Of a stretch of 64,000 bases of DNA, positions 54,586 through 64,000 are shown piece after piece. The translations under genes were made by a program, and so were the position numbers. Each line of letters starts with the position of its first letter. The stretch's first letter is position 1. The DNA is from Methanoregula sp. (GTDB lineage: Archaea > Halobacteriota > Methanomicrobia > Methanomicrobiales > Methanospirillaceae). Under the pieces are notes generated by a model, which had not been told where the DNA came from, did no database searches, and saw only the letters and a program-made list of their open reading frames with translations. The stretch is from NCBI GenBank assembly GCA_003154335.1, contig PMDE01000064.1:14242-78241 (forward strand), written 5' to 3'.

Positions 54586-55434
54586 ATGATTAGTGATTTC
54601 ATATACAAATACTACATCGATCCCATCCGGTACGAGCAACCATATAATATCGTCGAGACGCTCACGTATGCCGTTATTCTTGTAGCTGCTGTTTTTCTCA
54701 TCTATCGCTGGTTTAAAAAATCTGATATCGCAATCGATGGTCCGTTTGTCCTTGCCACGATACCTTATGTGATATTTGGCGGAGTACTGAGGGTTATCCA
54801 GGATACCCATATGATTCAGTCTGATATCCAGTTCCTGATTGTGACACCTTTCATATATTTTATAATATTTTTTTACACGATCAGTATTCTCATTATTTCA
54901 CGATATCTGACAAAGCAGGGAATGTGGGGTAATTATCTCACATTGTATGCCGGGGCCGGTATCTTCTCAGTATTTTGCGTGTCACTGGTTCTTGTTGGAT
55001 GGGGGATGACTCATGCTCATCTCGATCTTTTTGTCCTGGCTGTCATCCCCCTTATGGCAGTTACTGCAACCATTCTGGTCTGGAGCTTTATGAGGTATGT
55101 ACTCAAATGGAAGTATGTTACTGATCCTCTTTATCTTACACTCCTTTTCGGCCAGCTGCTTGATGCAAGTGCAACGAGTTATGGTATTGACCTCCACCCG
55201 TCAATCCATTATATTGAACAGCATGTAGTAGGTTCAAGCCTGATTGAGATGACCCATACGGCATTTGTTATGTTCCCGTTAAAGCTGGTCGTGCTTTTCC
55301 CTGCAATCTATATTATGGAACAGTACCGGAAAGAGGCAAATCCTGCATTCTGGCATCTTGTTCTCCTTGCCATGATAGTAGTAGGTTTTGCTCCGGGAAT
55401 CCGGGATATGACGCGGATGGTACTGTATGTCTAA
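54586..55434 (+). CDS. DUF63 family membrane protein
   Basis: YNIVET.TY, PY..FGG.LRV..D, Q.LDA.AT..G, Y.EQH, G..PG.RD..R. Confidence 0.85.
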   Translation: MISDFIYKYYIDPIRYEQPYNIVETLTYAVILVAAVFLIYRWFKKSDIAIDGPFVLATIPYVIFGGVLRVIQDTHMIQSDIQFLIVTPFIYFIIFFYTISILIISRYLTKQGMWGNYLTLYAGAGIFSVFCVSLVLVGWGMTHAHLDLFVLAVIPLMAVTATILVWSFMRYVLKWKYVTDPLYLTLLFGQLLDASATSYGIDLHPSIHYIEQHVVGSSLIEMTHTAFVMFPLKLVVLFPAIYIMEQYRKEANPAFWHLVLLAMIVVGFAPGIRDMTRMVLYV

Positions 55435-55993
55435 TTCTTCATTTACAAAAGCGGTCATTATTATTTTCCTTCTTTTTTGCGCTACTATCACGGTTGGCTG
55501 GGTCGTAACTATGCAAAATCCGTCATTTGGCGAAGATCTTATGAAAACCTTTGAAAAAGAGGTTGCAGATCAGATCAAAGGAAAAGATTCCCCGGAGATC
55601 TTTGTGAAACTTTTTTTCAACAATCTTGAGGCATGTCTCCTGTTATTCTTAGCGGGAGCATCTTTTGGCATCCTCACGATATTTATCATGAGCCTGAATG
55701 GTATCCTTATTGGAGCGATTATGGAGATCGTCAGCAAGGATCATCCCCTCATTTTTGTCGCTGCCGCAATTCTGCCTCATGGTATTTTCGAGATTCCTGC
55801 ATTCATTCTGTCGGGTGCCTTGGGCATCATGCTCGCCCAGTCGCTTATATCAGAGTGGTACTACGGAACAGACACCGATGAAGATGCACGGAAATTCGCC
55901 CGGCTTTTTGTTATCTATGCCCTGCCACTCGTTGCAATTGCAGCGTTCGTCGAGGCTTTTATTACACCAATTATCATACAATTAGTAGCTTAA
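55427..55993 (+). CDS. SpoIIM (DUF95) family membrane protein
   Basis: FFNN, NG..IG, LPHGIFEIPA, AAFVEAFIT. Confidence 0.9.
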   Translation: MSNSSFTKAVIIIFLLFCATITVGWVVTMQNPSFGEDLMKTFEKEVADQIKGKDSPEIFVKLFFNNLEACLLLFLAGASFGILTIFIMSLNGILIGAIMEIVSKDHPLIFVAAAILPHGIFEIPAFILSGALGIMLAQSLISEWYYGTDTDEDARKFARLFVIYALPLVAIAAFVEAFITPIIIQLVA

Positions 55994-56005
55994 AGGATCT
56001 GATTC

Positions 56006-57442
56006 ATGGACGATGACACAGGCGCCCTGCCGTTAAAAGAAGATTTTTCCGCTTGGTATAATGATCTCTTGTGGCGGGCCGAGATTATGGATGTCCGCTA
56101 TCCGGTCAAGGGATTATATGTCTGGTACCCTTACGGTTTCGCGATACGGAAATTCGTATATCAGAGACTTCGGGACCTCCTTGACCGTGACCATCAGGAG
56201 ACACTGTTTCCTCTTCTGATTCCTGAACAGGAATTCATGAAAGAGGCAGAACACATAAAGGGATTCGAGGATGAAGTCTACTGGGTCACGCATGGCGGAA
56301 AAACCCCGCTTGATGTCAAACTGGCGTTACGTCCGACAAGCGAGACTGCAATCTATCCCATGTATGCCCTCTGGGTCCGGTCACATGCAGATTTGCCAAT
56401 AAAATATTACCAGATTGTAAACACATTCCGGTACGAAACCAAGCAAACCCGGCCTTTGATCCGGTTAAGAGAAATTACATCATTTAAGGAAGCACATACC
56501 GTTCATGCAACCTGGGAGGAAGCCGGTGAGCAGGTCGAAGAAGCTATCCGCATTTATTCCGAATTTTATGACGGGCTTTGCATCCCGACTATTGTTTCAA
56601 AACGTCCCGATTGGGACAAATTCCCTGGTGCTGATTATACCATCGCGGTTGACACAATAATGCCCAACGGTAAAACACTTCAGATTGGCACCGTACATCA
56701 TCTGGGTGATCACTTTTCACGAACATTTAACATCACATTTGAAGATAAAAATGGAGAACGAAAATTCGCATACCAGACGTGTTATGGTATTTCAGAGCGC
56801 TCAATTGCGGCACTTATCAGCATTCATGGGGATGACAAGGGACTTGTTCTCCCTCCTGCCGTTGCAACGTTTCAGGTTGTAATTGTCCCAATAACTATAG
56901 GGACCCGCCATGAGGATGTGATTGCCGCTGCACAGAAACTCTCTTCAATTCTCTCCGCAGCCGGGATCCGTGTAAAACTTGACACCCGTGAGATGCGCCC
57001 TGGAGCAAAATACTACTGGTGGGAGATTCGGGGGGTACCGCTGAGGCTGGAACTGGGACCGAGAGATCTGGATGCCGGAAAAGTAATGGCAGTGAAACGT
57101 ACCGGAGGAAAGACAGCAGTCGATCTCGCGACAGCCCCAGAAGAAATAACCCATATGCTTTGTGAGATCACCGAAAATCTTCGTGCTCGTGCTGAAGATC
57201 ACACCAGAACCCATCTTTGTCCTGCAAATTCAATTGATTTTCTGAAAAATACTCTCGATAAGGGAAACGTTGCGGTCATCCACTGGTGTCAGGATCGAGG
57301 ATGTGGTGAATCGATCGAAGAGCAAACAAACGGGAGTATTCTTGGTACCGATGTTCGTTCACCCTATGTACCTGCAGTCGAAGGAATATGCATTGCCTGC
57401 AAAAAGCCAGGGAAACCAACAATTGTCGGAAGAGCCTATTAA
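56006..57442 (+). CDS. proS: Prolyl-tRNA synthetase (archaeal type)
   Basis: [36 protein letters not shown], anticodon-binding domain, C-terminal GRAY. Confidence 0.97.
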   Translation: MDDDTGALPLKEDFSAWYNDLLWRAEIMDVRYPVKGLYVWYPYGFAIRKFVYQRLRDLLDRDHQETLFPLLIPEQEFMKEAEHIKGFEDEVYWVTHGGKTPLDVKLALRPTSETAIYPMYALWVRSHADLPIKYYQIVNTFRYETKQTRPLIRLREITSFKEAHTVHATWEEAGEQVEEAIRIYSEFYDGLCIPTIVSKRPDWDKFPGADYTIAVDTIMPNGKTLQIGTVHHLGDHFSRTFNITFEDKNGERKFAYQTCYGISERSIAALISIHGDDKGLVLPPAVATFQVVIVPITIGTRHEDVIAAAQKLSSILSAAGIRVKLDTREMRPGAKYYWWEIRGVPLRLELGPRDLDAGKVMAVKRTGGKTAVDLATAPEEITHMLCEITENLRARAEDHTRTHLCPANSIDFLKNTLDKGNVAVIHWCQDRGCGESIEEQTNGSILGTDVRSPYVPAVEGICIACKKPGKPTIVGRAY

Positions 57443-57603
57443 AAAAATTTTCCTTCATCGACTATCGTTTTACTTCTTTTTTCCCAAAAATAAGCCTGGT
57501 AGACATTTCATTATGAAAGCTCATATTTGATTTCTCTCATTTTCGTCCGGTTCTTTTTTTACTCTTAAGACAAATATTTAAAAAAATCGTTTGAGGTTGC
57601 ACA

Positions 57604-58938
57604 TTGAATAAGAGTTCTCAGGAATCTGGCATTGCTTACATTCCGGAAAGATATAAACGACAGATTGAAGCAAAAAAGCGAAAGCGTCTCGTAAAAAAAA
57701 TTGCCGTGTTCAGTGCAATACTCGCAGCTGTTGCAATCATTTATCTTATAATGGGCGGAGGACAACAAGCAGGTCTCGGCAAGTCCCCCCTTTTCCTTCC
57801 CGGATCGGTCCCATCAGAAAAAACATCACTCATTACTCCAGTGGACTACCCTTCGGGAATTTTGAACAATACGTCAGCCACTGATAATCCCGCCGTAATC
57901 ATCGGAAATGATACCATTGTTCTGCCAACTTTAGATCTGATCTCGCTTGAGAATGCAACATTATCTCTTCGCAAAGACTACCCGGCACCCGCATATTCCC
58001 TCATAAGCGTTAATGTGACCGATCGATATCCAGGCCGGACCCTGTATGAGTTCAGGATCAAATCCGGGGATAAGAGTGCAGTTGATACAGGTTTTTTGGT
58101 ATTTATTGATGCCAGTAATGGTGACCCATTTACACCAGGCCAGGAGAATGCCAGAATAACTCCCGCACAGGCAAAAACGATAATTAAGGAATCGTTCCTC
58201 ACTCTTCATCCCGATAACATCAGATTACTCTTTAATAATAGTCCGGGTTCTGTGCGTGCATGGATTTTCAGGTTGTTCCGTGATAATACAGATATTCTCT
58301 CCGGATCGATGGACCCTGACACTGGTGAGATCGTTTCATTCACCAGAAATATTCAGATAGAAGGAAGACAGGCGGATCCGCTACTTGATATTAGTGCAGC
58401 TCAAAAAATAGCCGAACGGTATATTTTCGATAAGAACAGTGTTCCACTTCCGCTCAATATGAGCGCAGCCAGCTACATCTCAATAGGATCATCTCAAAAA
58501 CCTGTTGCCGGACAATACCTGTTTCTTTACAACCGAATCGTTCAGGACATACCCTGTGATAACGATGGAGTTACAATTTCGGTTGATTCTTTGAACGGGG
58601 ATATCACGGGATATGATCGGCGCTGGACATCCCCCGACAGTGCGTTTTCTGTTGCAACTGACCCGCTCGTTACACGATACGAGGCAACTTATGCAGTATT
58701 GAAAAAAGCTCAGGAAATCTATCCTTCATCTGGTGCCAGTATCGCAATTGTGTCTGAAGAAATAAGGTGGAAAGACCAGCACCAGCCCGGGAGTATTCCC
58801 CGTCCTGGAAGTATCCCGATAGCATGGAAACTGCAGTTTACTGACGCTACCATCCTTGCAGAACAGGATCCCGTTCCCGCAGTCGGTTGGGTTGATGCAC
58901 AGACGGGAGCAGTTCTGGACTTTTATTATCATCATTAG
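57604..58938 (+). CDS. Membrane-anchored PepSY-repeat (YcdB/YcdC-like) extracellular protein
   Basis: N-terminal basic patch plus TM; repeated IDASNG, MDPDTG, VDSLNG, VDAQTG strands preceded by IS...A helices. Confidence 0.7.
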   Translation: MNKSSQESGIAYIPERYKRQIEAKKRKRLVKKIAVFSAILAAVAIIYLIMGGGQQAGLGKSPLFLPGSVPSEKTSLITPVDYPSGILNNTSATDNPAVIIGNDTIVLPTLDLISLENATLSLRKDYPAPAYSLISVNVTDRYPGRTLYEFRIKSGDKSAVDTGFLVFIDASNGDPFTPGQENARITPAQAKTIIKESFLTLHPDNIRLLFNNSPGSVRAWIFRLFRDNTDILSGSMDPDTGEIVSFTRNIQIEGRQADPLLDISAAQKIAERYIFDKNSVPLPLNMSAASYISIGSSQKPVAGQYLFLYNRIVQDIPCDNDGVTISVDSLNGDITGYDRRWTSPDSAFSVATDPLVTRYEATYAVLKKAQEIYPSSGASIAIVSEEIRWKDQHQPGSIPRPGSIPIAWKLQFTDATILAEQDPVPAVGWVDAQTGAVLDFYYHH

Positions 58939-59189
58939 CTTTTTTTGTCTGGAGCTTTGATTGTTTTATGGAATTTGACCATACAGTTATTTTACCCTGT
59001 TTGAGATTTAGCCCGATTTCCCTCATCTCAGTTAGTATCAGAATAACGGGCTTTGAGCAGTTAGTAAATCAGGAACTGAACGGAAAGCGAAAAACACATT
59101 TTGCTAACTGAAAATTGTATACTCTTTTTTAAGCTTCAAAAAAACAGCAATTGTGGGTTGATTAATAAAAAATCGGAACGATTGAAAGA

Positions 59190-59645
59190 TTAGCACTGGT
59201 CGCAGCTATACAAAACGGTGAGATTTGTCCGCCGCATATCCCCGCGGATTGATTTCTTCCCACCACGGAAGAATAATTTTTTACATTTCATACAGTGCTT
59301 GGGCTTGATTTTATCCCAGGCACTCATAGGGATTTCAAGTACAAATTCTGTTTTTGTCCATTCCTCTGGAGGTTTATCTGTGTTCTGTTCATAGGTCGTG
59401 ACAAATTCCATAATCTGATGAGGAGGGACACCAAGGTCGACAAATTTTTTAAATACAAAATAATTAAAAATCAGCCACGAGAGATCCGAGCGATCGAGGA
59501 TCCCCTCATATTCACCGAATGACTCATCAAAATCCTCAAGAGAACATCCGCAGAGCGGGCATTTTCCGCCAACGAGTTCGTCGAGAAAAACCTCCTCTTG
59601 GCACCCCGGGCAAGTGGTGTGAGGGGATTGCATGCGTGATGTCAT
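59190..59645 (-). CDS. Hypothetical double zinc-finger protein
   Basis: CPGC..CPLC at the N-terminus and CMKC..CDQC at the C-terminus; start moved to MTSRMQ after a GGAG RBS. Confidence 0.7.
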   Translation of the reverse strand: MTSRMQSPHTTCPGCQEEVFLDELVGGKCPLCGCSLEDFDESFGEYEGILDRSDLSWLIFNYFVFKKFVDLGVPPHQIMEFVTTYEQNTDKPPEEWTKTEFVLEIPMSAWDKIKPKHCMKCKKLFFRGGKKSIRGDMRRTNLTVLYSCDQC

Positions 59646-59795
59646 TGTATCTCCAGAGCTTGGGTATTGATATTCGATAAAATGGGTTTTAAAAAAACCG
59701 TCGGGTTGACTTTGCTTGTTTTTATTATTGTACGGGTCTGCACATATAGATATCACCAGTAACATAAACTCCGGTAATTTTTTACCAGACAAACG

Positions 59796-60104
59796 TCAGT
59801 CAGCGTTCAGTTCTTCATGTTCCATTACCAAGGTACCGAAGATAACTTTCTCAAGAACCTGTGCGACATACTTGATATGCATTGCTTTTTCCAGATCTTC
59901 ATTCCGGTGGACATCGGCATATAGTTGTAGTCGCATGAGTGAAAACCGGAACCGGTCAAGGGTATCGTCGTCAAGTTTCATCGCCTCACGATAAATCGGT
60001 TCAAGCAGATCGGGAAAGGCAAGCGGATTTTCAAGACAGGTAATAACACCACTATAAATCGGGAGAGGTACTTCCTTTCCGGATAGAATCCGCTGGTAGT
60101 CCAT
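59796..60104 (-). CDS. Hypothetical helical protein, co-transcribed with mrp
   Basis: 102-aa ORF 3 bp downstream of the mrp stop; protein-like composition. Confidence 0.75.
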   Translation of the reverse strand: MDYQRILSGKEVPLPIYSGVITCLENPLAFPDLLEPIYREAMKLDDDTLDRFRFSLMRLQLYADVHRNEDLEKAMHIKYVAQVLEKVIFGTLVMEHEELNAD

Positions 60105-60107
60105 CTC

Positions 60108-61001
60108 TTATCCCTCGACAACCTTGATGAGGGTTTCCATCACTTTATCTACACTCGCCCAAGTAGGACTTTCTCCTCGACGAATAATAAAAGGACGTCC
60201 TTCGTCCCCGGCTTTACGCATTTCAATATCAAGAGGAATCGATCCGAGAAACGGGATATTGAATTCTTCAGCGATCTTTTTACCGCCCCCTTTGCCAAAG
60301 AGGTCAATTTCCTCTCCGCAATGGGGACAAACCATTCCACTCATATTTTCAATTATCCCCAGCACCGGGATTTCAAGTTTCTGGATAAATTTTACCGATT
60401 TCCGCGCATCAAGCGTTGCGACGTCCTGGGGGGTAGTGACGATGACTGCACCACTGAGATTCGGGGAGAGCTGGGCGATAGTGAGGGCTTCATCTCCGGT
60501 TCCTGGGGGAAGATCGACAACTAAATAGTCCAGATTTCCCCAGTTTACTTCGGTAAGAAATTGCTGGATTGCGGCCATCTTCATCGGGCCCCGCCATATG
60601 ATTGGTGTGTTCGTATCAGGCAATAGGAAGGCCATCGATATAACCGAAAGCATGCCGGTGACATGAACTGGTTCGATCTTTTCACCCATCATTGCGAGTT
60701 TGTGGTCTTCAATTCCCAGCATCTTAGGAATATTGGGTCCATGCATATCAAGATCTAAAAGCCCGACCTTGAAACCGTGATTGGAAAGGGCATAGGCAAG
60801 GTTCACCGATACGGTGGATTTACCCACGCCACCTTTTCCTGAGAGAACCATAATCACATGTCTGACGTCAACATTTGCTTTCGGAGGAAGGCCGGCTGGT
60901 GCACCCTTTGCTGATGAACAGGTAGTTGCAGTCGCGCAACTTGAACACTCACTTTTGCATTCCTCGTCTGTAGTCGTCTTTCCGGGATCTTTTTTTGTCA
61001 T
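60108..61001 (-). CDS. Mrp/NBP35 (ApbC) Fe-S cluster carrier ATPase
   Basis: N-terminal Cys cluster, SGKGGVGKST, PIIWRGP, DLPPGTGD, VTTPQ, ENMS...CPHC. Confidence 0.96.
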   Translation of the reverse strand: MTKKDPGKTTTDEECKSECSSCATATTCSSAKGAPAGLPPKANVDVRHVIMVLSGKGGVGKSTVSVNLAYALSNHGFKVGLLDLDMHGPNIPKMLGIEDHKLAMMGEKIEPVHVTGMLSVISMAFLLPDTNTPIIWRGPMKMAAIQQFLTEVNWGNLDYLVVDLPPGTGDEALTIAQLSPNLSGAVIVTTPQDVATLDARKSVKFIQKLEIPVLGIIENMSGMVCPHCGEEIDLFGKGGGKKIAEEFNIPFLGSIPLDIEMRKAGDEGRPFIIRRGESPTWASVDKVMETLIKVVEG

Positions 61002-61577
61002 CGTCTGCCTCTTGAAAAATGCGGTTCTATACTCTCACCAGTTATCCTTCGGATGCAATAAAGATGTGGAGAGGGCCCCTAATTTTCACATACTCCCCGT
61101 TGGTACAATATGTTTTGAGATCGGGAACAGTCATCGGATCTACGCTTTAAGATCTCATTAAAATTGTACATCTCTCGCCGATGAAAAATGACATTCCATG
61201 CCGATCATTTGGTTCCAAAAATGCTTCTATGAAAATTGATCCTGACCCGGTATAGCGGTGAACTCTGACTTCGGTGATATCAGCGCAGTCATAAGCTGAA
61301 CATATTATACGGTAGCAAAGTCACCGGTTATAATTCACTTAAGTAAAATTTCGGGATTTCCCCAATAAATGATACCTTAAAAAATCCAAATACTTAAAGG
61401 AATTCTCTCATCTACTCTTGGAAACCAATTGAATATCCCAAAAAAGAGTCAATTAAGATGTGAGATGGAATTGCCACTATTTGAAACATCACCTTTTGCT
61501 TCTAAAAACCGGATATTGGATTTATATATGGTCACTGATAGCGAAAGATTAATATTTTTATGCCCGTTTTTGTAATA

Positions 61578-62030
61578 ATGGAACGTCTCATTGTCTCATT
61601 GGACTTTCTTGAATTCCCTCCTGCCTACACATGTGATGGTGGAAACCGATCTCCCCGTCTCGTTCTCAAAGGGTTGGACGCATCATCGGTTGCCGTGATG
61701 GTCTTCAACCCATTCGAGAAATCCTGTTGTTCATTCACCCCATGGATCATCTGGAATATCCCTCCTGTCCCGCAAATCCCACCAGGTATCCCTCCGGAAG
61801 GAGTGGTTACCCTTCCTATTCCTGCAGTACAGGGTATCACAGACTATGGAATCATAGGGTATAAAGGCCCCTGCCCCCCTCCTGGAAACATGATACGGTA
61901 TCAGTTCAAGGTATACGGACTCGACCGGATGCTTGACCTCAGTTCCGGGGCCGATAAACACGAGCTCATTACAGCAATGAAAGGACATGTTGTGCAATTC
62001 GGAGAAACGCTTGCAATCTGCTCGAGATAA
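61578..62030 (+). CDS. YbhB/YbcL (PEBP) family protein, divergent paralog
   Basis: YTCDG..SP, W..WNIP, QG, Y.GPCPP, RY.F.VY.LD; DPDAP and HW motifs altered. Confidence 0.88.
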   Translation: MERLIVSLDFLEFPPAYTCDGGNRSPRLVLKGLDASSVAVMVFNPFEKSCCSFTPWIIWNIPPVPQIPPGIPPEGVVTLPIPAVQGITDYGIIGYKGPCPPPGNMIRYQFKVYGLDRMLDLSSGADKHELITAMKGHVVQFGETLAICSR

Positions 62031-62113
62031 GATAGTGGGATTAAAAAAAATGCCAATACATAAATTTTATTATGCTTACGGTGTATCATCCCATTGCAGG
62101 AGGTTTAACCACA

Positions 62114-62575
62114 ATGGAAGATCTGAAAATAAAAATTTCCGTCAAAATTCTTCCGAGCGATTATACTTGCGATGGGCAGGATATTTCACCGGAAATCGAT
62201 GTGGGGGGGGTAAACACCAAGATCTCAAAATCTCTCGCCATAATCGTAAATGATCCGGATGCACCTGGCGGCGGGGGTTTTGTCCACTGGATAGCATGGA
62301 ACATCGAATTGGTCAGGATGATCCCTGAAAAAATCCCAAAGACAGCATTGGTTACTTTTCCTCTCAAAGCGATCCAGGGAAAAAACAGCTTTGGAAAAAC
62401 GGGATATAGCGGGCCCTGCCCACCCAGGGGACAGACTCACAGGTACTTCTTTAAGGTCTATGGTCTGGATACTGAGCTCAATCTTGAAGAAGGGTCAACA
62501 AAGGATCAGCTCGTCAGAGCGATGGAAGGGCATGTTGTCCAATACGGCGAAACTTTCGTGACTTATGGCAGATAA
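62114..62575 (+). CDS. YbhB/YbcL (PEBP) family protein
   Basis: YTCDG.DISP, DPDAP, FVHW..WNI, QGKNSFG..GY.GPCPP, HRY.F. Confidence 0.93.
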   Translation: MEDLKIKISVKILPSDYTCDGQDISPEIDVGGVNTKISKSLAIIVNDPDAPGGGGFVHWIAWNIELVRMIPEKIPKTALVTFPLKAIQGKNSFGKTGYSGPCPPRGQTHRYFFKVYGLDTELNLEEGSTKDQLVRAMEGHVVQYGETFVTYGR

Positions 62576-63220
62576 AGATCCTTTTTTACTCATTTGGATT
62601 TCTTTATCAATCCGGGAAAAATTTTAAGGTGAAAAAAATTATCAATACATCAACCCGTTTTGAATTTTTATCAATTTTCAGGATGTCAGAAAATAATCTG
62701 GACTTTTTATCAGCTTTCTTTCGTCGTCTTTTTTGTCATTATTTCGTAATCCCGCGGCTTTATCACAGTTTTATATTATGGGTTTGTGAATTTCCCGGAA
62801 CGAACAATACACGTGACATTGAAGAGTTGTCGGATCCTGCGAGTGTCGATTCGACCAAACAAGATTGCATACCCGGATCTCGAAACATCTGGATACTGTT
62901 CAGGGTCCAGTTTCCCTGAGGGGTATATTATTAAAAGAAATCAGGTCAACGGAGAATATTGAGATTAAGGAAGGCGGTTCAGGACGTATCCATGTTCCGG
63001 AATATCTGCAACAATGAAGATGAAATGGCCCGGAACTGGAGATAAACAAAAAAAATTAAAAATGCCGGTATGAAATTGATCAACTGGTATATTCCGTGCT
63101 AAAAGGCATTACACCTGTGTGTTTCCATCGCGAGTATCAGACCTGATTTTTTTTAACCATTCCTTTTCCGGATTTCTTCCATCAGGGTTAATACCCCCGG
63201 GCACAAAATTGTCGTGCGAT

Positions 63221-64000
63221 ATGAGCGGGCGGAGGATTAAATACTCATGCGGTAAAGGGCTGGATTCCTCTATTCGCACGGTAACGGATAAGCGTGAATC
63301 ACTCCTCTCACCCCGGGCATCAATCAGTGCAGATGCAGTGCGAAGACATAACAGAAAACCCAAAGATATCCGTTCACCATATTCCAGGGATACAGACAGG
63401 ATCATTCATACCCGGGCGTACACGAGATATATTGATAAGACCCAGGTCTTTTCCCTTGTTGAGAACGACCATATCACTCACCGTGTTATTCACGTCCAGC
63501 TTGTTTCCAAGATCGCAAGAACAATAGGACGCTGCTTTCGCCTGAATGAGGATCTTATTGAGGCAATCGCCCTTGGTCATGATATCGGTCATATTCCCTA
63601 TGGTCATTTTGGAGAGGCGTGTCTTTCAGAACTTTGCGAGAAGTTTGGAATTGGGGGCTTTTTCCATAATGTTCAGAGCATACAGTTTCTTGATAGAATC
63701 GAGGACTGTGACCTCACCATGCAGGTACTTGACGGTATCCTTTGCCATAATGGGGAAGGTGACGATGTGAAAATTTCCCCGGTACCATGCCAAACCTGGT
63801 CATTATTCGATGAAAAAGTTCAGGACAATGCCGACGGTAGACGCTCAAAATCCCCCATGACTTTGGAAGGATGTGTTGTCAAATTTGCCGATACGATAGC
63901 ATACATTGGTAGGGATCTGCAGGATGCTCGTGAAGTTGGTTTAATCGCCGATTCAACCACTCTCCCAAAAAAATGCAGTGAAATACTTGGAGCCTCCAAC
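63221..64000 (+). CDS. HD-domain dNTP triphosphohydrolase (dGTPase-like), 3'-truncated by window
   Basis: Not in the ORF track. Frame from ATG 63221 reads R.PYSRD.DRIIH..AY.R..DKTQVF, THR..H, EAIALGHDIGH.P.GH.GE, F.HN.QS, GIL.HNG, D.IAY..D..D. Confidence 0.9.
   Translation, partial: MSGRRIKYSCGKGLDSSIRTVTDKRESLLSPRASISADAVRRHNRKPKDIRSPYSRDTDRIIHTRAYTRYIDKTQVFSLVENDHITHRVIHVQLVSKIARTIGRCFRLNEDLIEAIALGHDIGHIPYGHFGEACLSELCEKFGIGGFFHNVQSIQFLDRIEDCDLTMQVLDGILCHNGEGDDVKISPVPCQTWSLFDEKVQDNADGRRSKSPMTLEGCVVKFADTIAYIGRDLQDAREVGLIADSTTLPKKCSEILGASN

Overview
Archaeal chromosomal window, most consistent with a Methanomicrobiales methanogen (Methanoregula-like). This is inferred from the split RpoB''/B' and RpoA'/A'', phosphoribulokinase, archaeal lipid genes and gene order. 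It is mostly housekeeping: RNA polymerase operon, Elp3-PriS-GINS-L44e-S27e-aIF2a-Nop10-PAC2-EndoQ cluster, leuS, proS, glnA, egsA, geranylgeranyl reductase with its ferredoxin, AOR and three tRNAs (Arg-TCT, Lys-TTT, Pro-GGG). I saw no integrase, transposase or CRISPR array. Four things stand out. (1) A structured leader upstream of the PIN-ATPase-KH/leuS genes has mutually exclusive hairpins, followed by nine in-phase NA(G/C)NN pentamers that run into the ribosome-binding site, which resembles a TRAP-type attenuator. (2) A type IV pilus/Tad assembly locus is joined to two Roadblock proteins, MinD and three proteins sharing four copies of a DUF2226-like domain, a candidate pilus-positioning system. 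(3) A candidate box C/D sRNA lies downstream of the UPF0179 gene. (4) An internally deleted phosphofructokinase remnant sits directly after prk. All family calls come from motif recognition by eye, not database searches.
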